Below, one piece after another: positions 22,301-36,559 of a DNA stretch of 64,000 bases. This DNA is from Tubulanus polymorphus (Eukaryota > Animalia > Nemertea). Numbering within the stretch: position 1 is the first letter of the stretch; every line of letters begins with the position of its first letter. The notes under the pieces are model-generated. The model ran no database searches, was not told where the DNA came from, and saw nothing but the letters and a program-made list of their open reading frames with translations. Position numbers and translations under genes: made by a program. The DNA is taken from assembly GCF_964204645.1 (NCBI RefSeq), contig NC_134030.1, positions 20,978,210 through 21,042,209 on the forward strand, read 5' to 3'.

Positions 22301-25300
22301 TAAATGACGCCAATATGCCGTGTACGGCGATGATACTGAATAATCCACGAGGATCAGCGAACTGGGTTCGATTCCCTTGCGGAATTGAAGAGGTTCACAC
22401 GAGTTTCATTTGCGAATCGGAAAAAATGAATATCGAAAATACAACGGTTTACAAATTCAATTCAACGAAAAACGACACAATTTCGATGCGAGAAAATATG
22501 ATTTATGATGCAATTTACTTTAGCTGGAGCTGTACGGTTGGTTGGGTAAGCATAAATAAAAGGTGCTATCAAATACTGACGGACTGGAACAAACATCGAG
22601 GTTTAGATATGAAAACTGCGACAGAGATGTGTCATGGCATCGATGGTGAAATAGAAACTGTGATAAACGGTTACACAGAAATAGAAACTTTGAACCTAGT
22701 AAGAATATTTCAATATCGACATCAATATAGCTCGATACTGACAATGACTTACAATGGCGGACTGCAAGTTATAAAACCAATAATCACTAGAGATGATATC
22801 ACTTATATTCACTCAGTAAAATGGTTGATGAAACAGTTTGATAATGTCACAGATGTAGCGCATTCCGTGCTATGTTCCTACAATGTAACTGGTGAAGAGT
22901 TGGCTTCTATAAGCGGTTGTAAATCGTGGCAGTTTCAATGTAACGATCAAAGATGTATCAGCGACCATCGCGTATGTGATACCAGAAACGACTGTCAACA
23001 CGGTGAAGATGAACTCGACTGTTCGGGTTCAAACTTACAGTTCCACTGTTCAGATGGACGGGTTATATCAATAAGTGGATTCTGTGATTTCATTAAGGAT
23101 TGTTTGGATGGTTCTGATGAGAACTCGTGTTTTCATCCCCCGTGTTTGCCCCAACAATTCCGATGTACTAGTGGTCAATGTGTCAGTAAGTATAAAAGAT
23201 GCGACGGAGACACTGATTGTAAAGACGGCTCGGATGAAATGAGATGCACCTCTCAACTGTGTCAGGGGTTCCTGTGTAACAGTGGGGACTGTATCAGTTC
23301 TCAGTTGTATCAGGATGGAGTCGTGGATTGTAGTGGAAACCTAGAAGAAGATGAATTAGTAACAAATGCGAATATTACAGTGAATCCTACAGTTCATTGT
23401 AATGATTTGAACCAATGTACGACTAATTTCACAAATCTTTGTACAAAATCTGATGAACAAAGATGTTCTTTCGATTCTCCTCATTGTTATTCTAGACGTC
23501 ATAGATGTATATTAGAAAGAATGTCGAATAGTTACCCAGTTTGTAGGAATCTTCAGCATATATTGAAATGTGAAAAATTTGATTGTCCAGCTGGTACTGT
23601 AAAATGTCCAGCATCGTACTGTATACCGATGGGACAGGTGTGCGATGGTCGATCAGATTGTCCTAATTCAGAAGACGAGCGAAACTGCGAGACTTTGTCA
23701 TGTCCCGGCATGTTCAAATGTGGCCAGGAAAACCGATGTATACCTCAATCTGAGGTTTGTGATGGTGTTGTTAATTGTAAACATACCACTGATGACGAAG
23801 CTTTCTGTAACGTCACGTGTCCTGGATATTGTAAATGTCAAGGCAATTTGATCGACTGTGGAAATGGCGGTTTAACAAATATTACTGATCTTTTCTCGGC
23901 ATCAACTCGAGTTTTGATTCTGTCGAATAACACAATTATCTTGGATTTGACGACATTTCTTCTACATGTTTATGTTCGTTTGCTCAACATCTCTTCTAAT
24001 AAATTGTCTTACATTTTAGCAAACGCTTTCTCAAACCTGCATAATCTACATACATTAGACCTTACATATAACAATATAACATACTTATCTACAAACACAT
24101 TCATTGGTTTGTACAGTTTGAAAGAGTTATTGATGACTGAAAATCCAATTAGTCACTTAGCGGACGATACATTTCAAGATTTGAAGTCTCTTAAACATCT
24201 CGATCTTCACGGACTTTTCATATCTCTTCTTGGTCGAAATGTATTCAGAGGTTTATCTACATTACAGTCGTTGAATATCAGCAGTAACAGAATTCATCAT
24301 ATTTCTACATATGCCTTTTCGGGATTAGATGAACTTAGAATCATTGATATAACTAATAACTCTAAAATAATATCAACGGAAAAAGATATTTTCAACAATC
24401 TTACATCATTAACCTCCCTAGTGTCTGATGCATACAAATTTTGCTGCATGGCTCCGAATGTTGAACACTGCCTTCCCGAAGCTGATCAATTTTCGTCCTG
24501 TTCTGATCTGATGGGTAACACAGCCCTCAGAGCTATCATCTGGGTCATCTCCGCATTCAGTTTCTTTCTGAACAGTATCGTCATTTTATTCCGTGTTCGA
24601 TCATTTCTACTTTCATCCTCCGAAAAGCGTAACACATCTTCTGACATCCTCATCATTAATATCTCAGCTTGTGATTTTCTGATGTCTATTTATCTGTTTC
24701 TGATCGCGGGAGCTGATTACGTTTATAAAGGAGTTTATTTCCTGCATTCTGAAACTTGGACGGACAGTTCATTGTGTAGTTTCGCTGGAGTTTTGGTGAC
24801 TATTTCCTGTGAAGGCTCATTGACGTTTCTATTCATTTTAACGCGTTATAGATTTTCAAAAATCGTCAATCCATTTTCTGGAAGCCCGATTACATCTCCG
24901 AAATGCGTATCCATTATATGTTGCGTATGTTGGTTATCTATAAACACTATTTCTATAATACCGCTGTCACAATCATCTTATTTCGGCAACAAATTCTATG
25001 GTACTACTGGAATTTGTTTACCTATGAATTTGATATCGATTGATGTCCACGCCTGGCAATATTCATTCGCTATATTTGCCGTGTTTAACTCGGTCCTACT
25101 TGCTACAATAATGATGACGTATGCACAGATGTATAGACTCGTATCTGGAAGCAGGTCCGGCTCGGGTAGAGCTGATCCTACCGAATTGATTCTGGCACGT
25201 AGGAGTTTAGTGATAAATCTGTGTAATGTATTTTGCTGGTTACCGATAATTACCGTTCAGTTTTGCGCTGTATTGCGAGTAGAAATACCGAACCAAGTGG

Positions 25301-25425
25301 CGGCTTGGTTGGCGGTACTTTTCCTACCGATCAACTCGTCACTGAATCCACTTCTTTACACCATCCTCACTATTGATGTTAAATCAATTCGGGCTAGAAA
25401 TAAACGGGTTTGGAGAACTCGTTGA
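19338..25425 (+). CDS. GRL101-like: GRL101-like GPCR copy B, 3 exons, ~1923 aa
   Basis: Exons 19338-20540 (GTAAGT), 20773-22086, 22171-25425; intron 2 is 84 nt and stop-free, which explains the 1557-aa ORF. Same domain order as A. Confidence 0.92.
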
Positions 25426-26754
25426 GATCTTATTTGATATGGGCCTATAAGTACGCGTTGTAAATGTCAAAATGTTGGAACATAAACAAGTTTTTACTAA
25501 CACCACTAGCACAAGCACGGATATGTGCTGGATTTCTGTCCCAAACACTTGCGTTTCGCTTCAAAAGAGACGTTTAGTGCAAAGTAATCGAATTATCCGA
25601 TCTATTTCAATGAGGTAGACGATACGCGAACTACGTAGTGCTTTCAATAAACACTAGGAGCGCTGCAAATCACTATCAAATTAGCATCTAATTTAAATAT
25701 TATGTTGTAACACCGATTTTCGTCGTGAAGGAATAACTCAGTGAGTACTGTTGATGATTTGTACATTAGATTCGAATAGAAATTAATAAAGTAATGTCGT
25801 ATATAAAAATATGTTGTATTATCCTGATGCAAGTGAAAAATTGTCAATCTTGCAAGTAGCAGGAAAGTTGCTTGTAGGGGGCTTATATTCTGCTCAATTC
25901 TTATCGCGAATTTTGATTGATAGACGATTTAGATACCAGACCAACCGATTATCAATACGAATTGTTCCAATTTCCACACATAAAACACATTTATTCGATC
26001 CAATGACACCAAAAAGTAGCACCTAACTACACACTGAAACAGTAGCTCATAAACTGCACTTCTTGAAGGCTCACAAGCCATCTACACAACACTTTTAGCC
26101 TAAATCCAAAATCCAACCATATCATCCTAACAAGTACTATCTATGGTGGCTCATTTAGGCCACGCTGAGATTTTTCGAACATTAAAAATCTGAAAACAAA
26201 TTTGATAACGAGAATACGAGTTTACCTTATTAAACCTTAGGTCTAAGGTTAAGGAATGATATGATTATTTAGAAGTTAATGAATATTGTGTGAATATTAT
26301 AATATGATGTACTTGTCTTTGTATATTTCAGTTTCTTGGTTTTTTTAATGGTTTAGTTAATTAACTATAAGTTTCTAACAACATCCGTGACTTAAATTAC
26401 TGGCTTCATCGCAGACCCAAAATCCATCACAGTGGTCTTAGGATTGACGAGGAGAAAGTTCTTAATTTCTTCTCTAACTAATTACACGCCTCAAAATCCG
26501 AACGAAGATCCCCGAGAACAAAATCCGAGAAATATCGATGGCAACATTTTTAAGTTCAGCGAATGAAAGTAATATATAAAACAATTTTCCACACTGACCG
26601 TTTAATTATCAAGATCGTCAAGTTTGGTGTAATACGGGTCATATTTCACGCAGACAGCTAAGTTTAACTCATACAAGTTACAGATAAACAATCGACAACT
26701 CCTCAACCATTAATTGATGAAAATAATGAAATTTGTCGCAATCGTTCTGATTAA

Positions 26755-27308
26755 CACGTTCGCTGCCGCTTCCGAGTGGGTGCGCCACAGTTTGCCAATA
26801 CGAGATAAATCGTCATCGATTCAATGTCATTTTATAACGTAATGAATGACCTGGCAGAGGCGAGAAACCAGATAACAATTGTCTGGCAGTATGGAGAGAC
26901 TAAGATATTATTTATGGGGGCAACTCAAGTCTGGTGCGAACTTGAAATTTTTTTAAAAATATCTTCAGAAAGCAGTGAATTTAAGCTTCTTTTCCGGCCA
27001 ATATTTAGAGAGAATATAACTACTAAAATCATTCTATATCATTTTTACAATAAAACTTTTATTCCTTAAGATATTTATTTGATTTTTCACACTTTTCACT
27101 GGCAATGGGGACAAGAAATAAATTGAGAATATCTTCACCAGTGCCAGTGACGAGTTATCTCGTCATTGGTTTTTTTCCCACTTAAATAGATCAGTGTATT
27201 TATTTATCAATGTACAAATAGTGCTGGCAGTATATAAATTGTATAATGTCAAAAATTAGCGTTGGCAATGGCGACTGGACGTTAAACCGCTAGGTGGCAG
27301 CGAACGTG
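26755..27308. mobile_element. piggyBac-type MITE, copy 2 (duplicated with the unit)
   Basis: Same TIRs, TTAA flanks and flanking sequence as 15351-15906. Confidence 0.9.
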
Positions 27309-28003
27309 TTAAAAGTTCTTTGCCAAAGTTTGAACAAGTATCGCAAAAATAGCTAATTCTACCATATCGAATCTTATCACCGGATAAGGCTACGAATGGG
27401 GAACTATTCGTGTAGTCGGTATCAAAGATTACATAGCCTACGTTGTAACCCTTAGTATACCCTGAAAAAAAAGATGGCATCCACTAATTTAGAAACATTG
27501 AATTTGTTGCAACGAAAAGCAAGATAACACAAGTATCCACAAAGAATTGAGTATTAAACCTATAAACTTAGCAAAGCATAAATGACATCCTCTTAGTTAT
27601 CTAGAAATGTCAAACGAAAGTAGATTAACCTGACTGTTTTGAAGCACCTTATTTACACGCGTAGAGCGTCTGCGATAATTCAGAAACCGCCCGAACGATG
27701 AGAAAATATTCCGGGTATTTTTAAAATATGATTGGACACAGAAATAACCACGCGTTATGAAACTGAGAATTGCTGCACAGATCGATGGTAATTACTGGGA
27801 TGTTGATCGTTTGAGTCAGAGCCAACACTAATGACAGAACGAGTAAAAATATCATATGCAATTTCGACAAAATATGAGCGGTTGAAAATAATTGCTGGAT
27901 TTTAAAATTGCTGAGTGAAGCAAATCATGAATTTCACGAGTGAGATATGTAAAATTCTACATCATTTATGAATGGAACTTGAAGCTCTATGGACAACCGA
28001 GCA

Positions 28004-31000
28004 ATGGATCGACTGAGAGCGCTGTTTATAGCGTCGCTGATCGTCTGGCGAGTTAACATCGCACACGCTGATCTGTCTGACACTGTGACGGTCAGTTCGT
28101 CTTGTAACAACACTTGGTATCCAGTCGATTCTACGTCCGGTTACATCGTTTCACCGAGTTACCCGTCATTAACGCGCGGTGTTGAATGTCGTTGGTTCGT
28201 CAACAGCTCTTTACCGGGAACTTTCAACATCAAACTATTCTACGACATCGAGCCGTCAATATTCTGTAGTGATAACTACCTTCTCGTCAGTGAGTCCGAT
28301 AACAGATTCTGTGGAGAAGGAAAACATGAAATCCGCCGTAACGATTCGATCTCGTTGATGTTTAGAAGTAACGTCGATGGTGCGCGGGGTAGTCGGGTTT
28401 ATATCATATATCGTTATGAACGAAACCATTTGAAATTAATTCACAACTGCAGATTCACAATGAACAGATTACAAACATCGACAGGATACAGATTTAAAAT
28501 GTATTTATTTCGATGTAAATTGTATTTGGAATGGATCGAGATCCCGGATGGTTTTGCAATGAATTTGACGTTCATACAGATCGATTTCAGATTATTTCCT
28601 CGCACTCGTTCATTGACAACTGTTCAAATTTACGACGGATGGAACACCAGTGAACCTATAGCTGTTATACCAGAACAAACCGGGCATCCACCTTCATCAT
28701 TTTATACTAAAACTAACAAAGCCATTATTGATGATACACTTCCATCATCCTTTAAATCGCAACTATCAGTTCAGGTGTATAGAATATCTGATTGGAACGT
28801 CTCTAATCCGTTGATTCGAATCTCTAATAACGAGTCTGGAGTGTTCATTCCTGATGACAACAGTTTACACGTAATAACTCGATCAAAACACTTACACTGC
28901 TGGTCTATCACAGTGCAGGTGTTACAGTACGTCGTCTTCAACTGGACACGTGATCTCAGCGCATCCGGTGACGTCATTGTTGTATATAAACTAGAAGGGT
29001 TACGCGTTGTAGGAACTGATATTTTACTCGGTTACAACTACCTGGAATCACTGAGTGTTAAATCTGACGGCTTTCTCGTCATACTGTGCGTTTTAATAAG
29101 ACCAGGTGTTTTACAATCGAATGCAAAAATTGAATTTGAAGTGAAGTCTATTTCTATAGGAGACGTACAACTCCGCAAACGCAGGGTGAGTAAAAATGAT
29201 TTGCTCAATTAAATGTAACCCAGGATGAATTGAGTGTGATTAACTACTCAGCTTCATCTAGATTAAGTGTAACACATCTAAAACACAGAAAATTAAATTA
29301 AATAAGATATATTAATGATTAATGATTGATGAAATGTGATTTAGAAAAAGAGTTCATATTGCACTAATTACAGTTTTGAATATGGATTAATTAAATTCAA
29401 TTCTTTTGTGTTTTTTAGATTGAAAAGAATTCTTTTAATTAGAATGTGCCTTGTAATCAAACATAGAATAAAAGCAAACTAATAATGATTTAATTGAATC
29501 TGTAGAATTATTTCAAAAACGTTGCACAAATTTACTTCTAATTTCCCATACGGAAAAAACCCAATAATAAAAATTGCTCCCGTTGAAATCATTAAGCATT
29601 CGAATGTTCAGATTAAATCAAATGATGAATTATTCATTGGAAGAAATAAGATTGCTTTCAACATCACCTTTAAATAGATTAGGATCGATTTATGGAGATT
29701 TTAATGATCTGTTCATATTTTGTAGATATCTGGCTCTAGCGCCGGTCACAAGACGTCAAAGATGACAACATTAATGTATCGTATAAATACATACGAATTT
29801 AAACGGAAAGTTGATATCTATGAGAATAGATTAAAACTAACAGTTTTATCAGAGACGTGCGAGAGAGCTGGATTTTATATATATGATGGTGGTAATTTTA
29901 CAGCTAGACGCTATGGTCCGTATTGTCCCGGTTATAAATACGGTCGATCTGTCGTCAGCCTGATTACATCAGGAGGACCGGTTACTGTAGTAGGATACGC
30001 TTATAACAGCTTATCAGCGCCTCCTGCAGCTCTCAGATTCAATCCTACTGATTGTGACGGGTATGTTCTACATGAAGGAGAAAATCAGATCAATATGACG
30101 TCACACTGCCTGGTGATTACACCTGAAAACCGGCGCCTTCCTTTAGAAAACATTTATATATTATCAGAATATGAATATCAAATTGACGCATGTTATCCTG
30201 TGCAATACTTCAGCAAAACATGCGACAGGCAAATTAGTTTATCAAATCAGTTTCTCAATAACAGTTTCGTATTAAACGCTGTGAAATTGTTCGACAAATA
30301 TCAATTCTGGAATTATGGGTTAATAGTTAAACTACGTCGTAAATGTCAAGGAGTAAAAAACCCTACACAATCTAAATTTGGTGTTTCATATTTCCCGGAT
30401 AGGGATGAATGTGGAATCGTACAATCACCGAACTATCCGGGATCGGCGGGATATACTTCGAAATCTTCTTATTATCGCTTTGAAAACCCGATAATGAATA
30501 ATCGAATTCGACATTACAGATTTATAATCAAATTTATTCAGACTTTACCGTGCAATAAATTATCAAGATTTGACAAAGATCCAATTCTATTCAAACAACA
30601 AATACATGACTTTTACGATAATGGAGTAGTTATTTCAGGAAGCGACACCGAACATCAAACTAAAATGTGCGGAACTATTGCTAAACGTGGAAGTGTATTT
30701 CATAGTTTATGGGACAATGATTTGCAATTTGAGATAAAGGATCGCGTTCCCACATTTCAAATACAATATAATTTAGAAAAGTCGTTACCAATAAAACAGT
30801 TTGATAAAATCGGCTGTAAATCAGGATTTCTAGATTCGGGAATTTCCTGCATCAAATACATCAGAGATGAACGTCTGAATTGGGAGAACGCTGAAATGTA
30901 CTGTCAACAGAAATACGGAGGACATCTTCTCAGTATCAGCTCAGAACAGGAAATGATTTCTGTTAAGTCATTATTTGCTACGGAACTTCTACGACAGGCA

Positions 31001-34000
31001 TATTCACAGAAAGCGCTCATAATGATGATAGGATTGAAATTGCAGGTAATTTCCAGACATATTTTCCAACAAAGATTCCCTTGCCGAAAATCTGTAAATA
31101 TTCCATCATAATTTTTTACCTAAATTTCAGCAAAATACTTATTATTACACGTGGACTGATGGCAAACCATTGAGCTACACAGAGTGGTATGGACCTACAA
31201 ATAACGAAACGATACCAGAAGTTGTTCAAGGATTGATATCTCCTCTACGTAAACAACCGATAAATGACGCCAATATGCCGTGTACGGCGATGATACTGAA
31301 TAATCCACGAGGATCAGCGAACTGGGTTCGATTCCCTTGCGGAATTGAAGAGGTTCACACGAGTTTCATTTGCGAATCGGAAAAAATGAATATCGAAAAT
31401 ACAACGGTTTACAAATTCAATTCAACGAAAAACGACACAATTTCGATGCGAGAAAATATGATTTATGATGCAATTTACTTTAGCTGGAGCTGTACGGTTG
31501 GTTGGGTAAGCATAAATAAAAGGTGCTATCAAATACTGACGGACTGGAACAAACATCGAGGTTTAGATATGAAAACTGCGACAGAGATGTGTCATGGCAT
31601 CGATGGTGAAATAGAAACTGTGATAAACGGTTACACAGAAATAGAAACTTTGAACCTAGTAAGAACATTTCAATATCGACATCAATATAGCTCGATACTG
31701 ACAATGACTTACAATGGCGGACTGCAAGTTATAACACCAATAATCACTAGAGATGATATCACTTATATTCGCTCAGTAAAATGGTTGATGAAACAGTTCG
31801 ATAATGTCACAGATGTAGCGCATTCCGTGCTATGTTCCTACAATGTAACTGTTGAAGAGTTGGCTTCTATAAGCAGCTGTAAATCGTGGCAGTTTAAATG
31901 TAACGATCAAAGATGTATCAGCGACCATCGCGTATGTGATACCGGAAACGACTGTCAACACGGTGAAGATGAAGTCGATTGTTCGGGTTCAAACTTACAA
32001 AGTCAGTTCCACTGTTCAGATGGACGGGTTATATCAATAAGTGGATTCTGTGATTTCATTAAGGATTGTTTGGATGGTTCTGATGAGAACTCGTGTTTTC
32101 ATCCCCCGTGTTTGCCCCAACAATACCGCTGTACTAGTGGTCAATGTGTCAGTAAGTATAAACGATGCGACGGAGACACTGATTGTAAAGACGGCTCGGA
32201 TGAAATGAGATGCACCTCTCAACTGTGTCAGGGGTTCCTGTGTAACAGTGGGGACTGTATCAGTTCTCAGTTATATCAGGATGGTGCCGTGGATTGTAGT
32301 GGAAACCTAGAAGAAGATGAATTAGTAACAAATGCGAATATTACAGTGAATCCTACAGTTCATTGTAATGATTTGAACCAATGTGCGACTAATTTCACAA
32401 ATCTCTGCACGGAATCTGATGAACAAAGATGTTCTTTCGATTCTCCTCATTGTTATTCTAGACGTGATAGATGTATTTTAGAAAGAATGTCGAATAGTTA
32501 CCCAGTTTGTAGAAATCTTCAGCATATATTGAAATGTGAAAAATTTGATTGTCCAGCTGGTACTGTAAAATGTCCAGCATCGTACTGTATACCGATGGGA
32601 CAGGTGTGCGATGGTCGATCAGATTGTCCTAATTCTGAAGACGAGCGAAACAGCAAGACGTTGTCATGTCCCGGCATGTTCAAATGTGGCCAGGAAAACC
32701 GATGTATACCACAATCTGAAGTTTGTGATGGTGTTGTCAATTGTAAACTTACCACTGATGACGAAGCTTTCTGTAACGTCACGTGTCCTGGATATTGTAG
32801 ATGTCAAGGCCATTTGATCGACTGTGGAAATGGCGGTTTAACAAATATTACTGATCTTTTCTCGGCTTCAACTCGAGTTCTGAATCTGTCAAATAACACA
32901 ATTATCTTGGATATGACGACATTTTTTCCATATGTTTATCTTCGTTCGCTCAATATCTCCTTCAATAAGTTGTCTTACATTTTAGCAAACGCATTCTCAA
33001 ACCTGCATAATCTACATACATTAGACCTTACATATAACAATATAACATACTTATCTACAAACACATTCATTGGTTTGTATAGTTTGAAAGAGTTATTGAT
33101 AACTAAAAATCCAATTAGTCACTTAGAGGAAGATACATTTCAAGATTTGAAGTCTCTTAAAGATCTCGATCTTCACGGACTTTTCATATCTGTTCTTGGT
33201 CGAAATGTATTCAAAGGTTTATCTACATTACAGTCGTTGAATATCAGCAGTAACAGAATTCATCATATTTTTCTATATGCTTTTTCGGGATTAGATGAAC
33301 TTAGAATTATTGATATAACCAATAACTCTAAAATAATATCTACGGACAAAGATATTTTTAATAATCTGACAACATTAGTCTCTTTAGCGTCTGATGCCTA
33401 CAAATTTTGCTGCATGGCTCCGAATGTCGACCAGTGTCTCCCTGAAGCAGATCAATTTTCGTCCTGTTCTGATCTGATGGGTAACACGGCCCTCAGAGCT
33501 ATCATCTGGGTCATCTCCGCATTCAGTTTCTTTATGAACAGTATCGTCATTTTATTCCGTGTTCGATCATTTCAACTTTCATCCTCCGAAAAGCGTAACA
33601 CATCTTCTGACATCCTCATCATTAATATCGCAGCTTGTGATTTTCTGATGTCTATTTATCTGTTTCTGATCGCGGGAGCTGATTACGTTTATAAAGGAGT
33701 TTATTTCCTGCATTCTGAAACTTGGACGGACAGTTCATTGTGTAGTTTCGCTGGAGTTTTGGTGACTATTTCCTGTGAAGGCTCGCTGACGTTTCTATTC
33801 ATTTTAACGCGTTATAGATTTTCAAAAATCGTCAATCCATTTTCTGGAAGCCCGATTACATCTCCGAAATGCGTATCCATTATCTGTTGCGTATGTTGGT
33901 TATCTATAAACACTATTTCTATAATACCGCTGTCACAATCATCTTATTTCGGCAACAAATTCTATGGTACTACTGGAATTTGTTTACCTATGAATTTGAT

Positions 34001-34391
34001 ATCGATTGATGTCCACGCCTGGCAATATTCATTCGCTATATTTGCCGTGTTTAACTCGGTCCTACTTGCTACAATAATGATGACGTATGCACAGATGTAT
34101 AGACTCGTATCTGGAAGCAGGTCCGGCTCGGGTAGAGCTGATCCTACCGAATTGATTCTGGCACGTAGGAGTTTAGTGATAAATCTGTGTAATGTATTTT
34201 GCTGGTTACCGATAATTACCGTTCAGTTTTGCGCTGTATTGCGAGTAGAAATACCGAACCAAGTGGCGGCTTGGTTGGCGGTACTTTTCCTACCGATCAA
34301 CTCGTCACTGAATCCACTTCTTTACACCATCCTCACTATTGATGTTAATTCAATTCGGGCTAGAAATAAACGGGTTTGGAGAACTCGTTGA
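28004..34391 (+). CDS. GRL101-like: GRL101-like GPCR copy C, 3 exons, ~1920 aa (alternative in-frame ATG at 27989)
   Basis: Exons 28004-29185 (GTGAGT), 29726-31045, 31131-34391; phase-0 introns, frames join. Confidence 0.92.
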
Positions 34392-35733
34392 GATCTTATT
34401 TGATATCGGCCTATAACCTATAAGTACGCGTTGTAAATGTCAAAATGTTGGAACATAAACAAGTTTTTACTAACACCACTAGCACAAGCACGGATATGTG
34501 CTGGATTTCTGTCCCAAACACTTGCGTTTCGCTTCAAAAGAGACGTTTAGTGCAAAGTAATCGAATTATCCGTCGATCTATTTCAATGAGGTAGACGATA
34601 CGCGAACTACGTAGTGCTTTCAATAAACACTAGGAGCGCTGCAAATCACTATCAAATTAGCATCTAATTTAAATATTATGTTGTAACACCAATTTTCGTC
34701 GTGAAGGAATAACTCAGTGAGTACTGTTGATGATTTGTACATTAGATTCGAATAGAAATTAATAAAGTAATGTCGTATATAAAAATATGTTGTATTATCC
34801 TGATGCAAGTGAAAAATTGTCAATCTTGCAAGTAGCAGGAAAGTTGCTTGTAGGGGGCTTATATTCTGCTCAATTCTTATCGCGAATTTTGATTGATAGA
34901 CGATTTAGATACCAGACCAACCGATTATCATCAATACAAATTGTTCCAATTTCCACACATAAAACACATTTATTCGATCCAATGACACCAAAAAGTAGCA
35001 CCGAACCACACACTTAAACAGTAGCTCATAAACTGCACTTTTTGAAGGCTCACAAGCCATCTACACAACACTTTTAGCCTAAATCCAAAATCCAACCATA
35101 TCATCCTAACAAGTACTATCTATGGTGGCTCATTTAGGCAACGCTGAGATTTTTCAAACATGCTAAATCTGAAAACAAATTTGATAACGAGAATACGAGT
35201 TTACCTTATAAAACCTTAGGTCTAAGGTTTAGGAATGATATGATTATTTAGAAGTTAATGAATATTGTGTGAATATTATAATATGATGCACTTGTCTTTG
35301 TATATTTCAGTTTCTTGGTTTTTTTAATGGTTTAGTTAATTAACTATAAGTTTCTAACAACATCCGTGACTTAAATTACTGGCTTCATCGCAGACCCAAA
35401 ATCCATCACAGTGGTCTTAGGATTGACGAGGAGAAAGTTCTTAATTTCTTCTCTAACTAATTACACGCCTCAAAATCCGAACGAAGATCCCCGAGAACAA
35501 AATCCGAGAAATATCGATGGCAACATTTTTAAGTTCAGCGAATGAAAGTAATATATAAAACAATTTTCCACACTGACCGTTTAATTATCAAGATCGTCAA
35601 GCTTGGTGTAATACGGGTCATATTTCACGCAGACAGCTAAGTTTAACTCATACAAGTTACAGATAAACAATCGACAACTCCTCAACCATTTATTGATGAA
35701 AATAATGAAATTTGTCGCAATCGTTCTGATTAA

Positions 35734-36287
35734 CACGTTCGCTGCCGCTTCCGAGTGGGTGCGCCGCAGTTTGCCATTACGAGATAAATCGTCATCGATT
35801 CAATGTCATTTTATAACGTAATGAATGACCTGGCAGAGGCGAGAAACCAGATAACAATTGTCTGGCAGTATGGAGAGACTAAGATATTATTTATGGGGGC
35901 AACTCAAGTCTGGTGCGAACTTGAAATTTTTTCAAAAAAACCTTCAGAAAGCAATGAATTTAAGCTCCTTTTTCGGCCAATATTTAGAGAGAATATAACT
36001 ACTAAAATCATTCTATATCATTTTTACAATAAAACGTTTATTCCTTAAGATATTTATTTGATTTTTCACACTTTTCACTGGCAATGGGGACAAGAAATAA
36101 ATTGAGAATATCTTCACCAGTGCCAGTGACGAGTTATCTCGTCATTGGTTTTTTTTCCACTTAAATAGATCAGTGTATTTATTTATCAATGTACAAATAG
36201 TGCTGGCAGTATATAAATTGTATAATGTCAAAAATTAGCGTTGGCAATGGCGACTGGACGTTAAACCGCTAGGTGGCAGCGAACGTG
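35734..36287. mobile_element. piggyBac-type MITE, copy 3 (duplicated with the unit)
   Basis: Same TIRs and TTAA flanks. Confidence 0.9.
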
Positions 36288-36559
36288 TTAAAAGTTCTTT
36301 GCCAAAGTTTGAACAAGTATCGCAAAAATAGCTAATTCTACCATATCGAATCTTATCACCGGTAAGGCTACGAATGGGGAACTATTCGTGTAGTCGGTAT
36401 CACAGATTACATAGCCTACGGTGTAACCCTTAGTATGCTCTGAAAAAAACGATGGCATCCACTAATTTAGAAACATTGAATTTGTTGCAACGAAAAGCAA
36501 GATAACACAAGTATCCAAAAAGAATTGAGTATTAAACTATAAACTTAGCAAAGCATACA

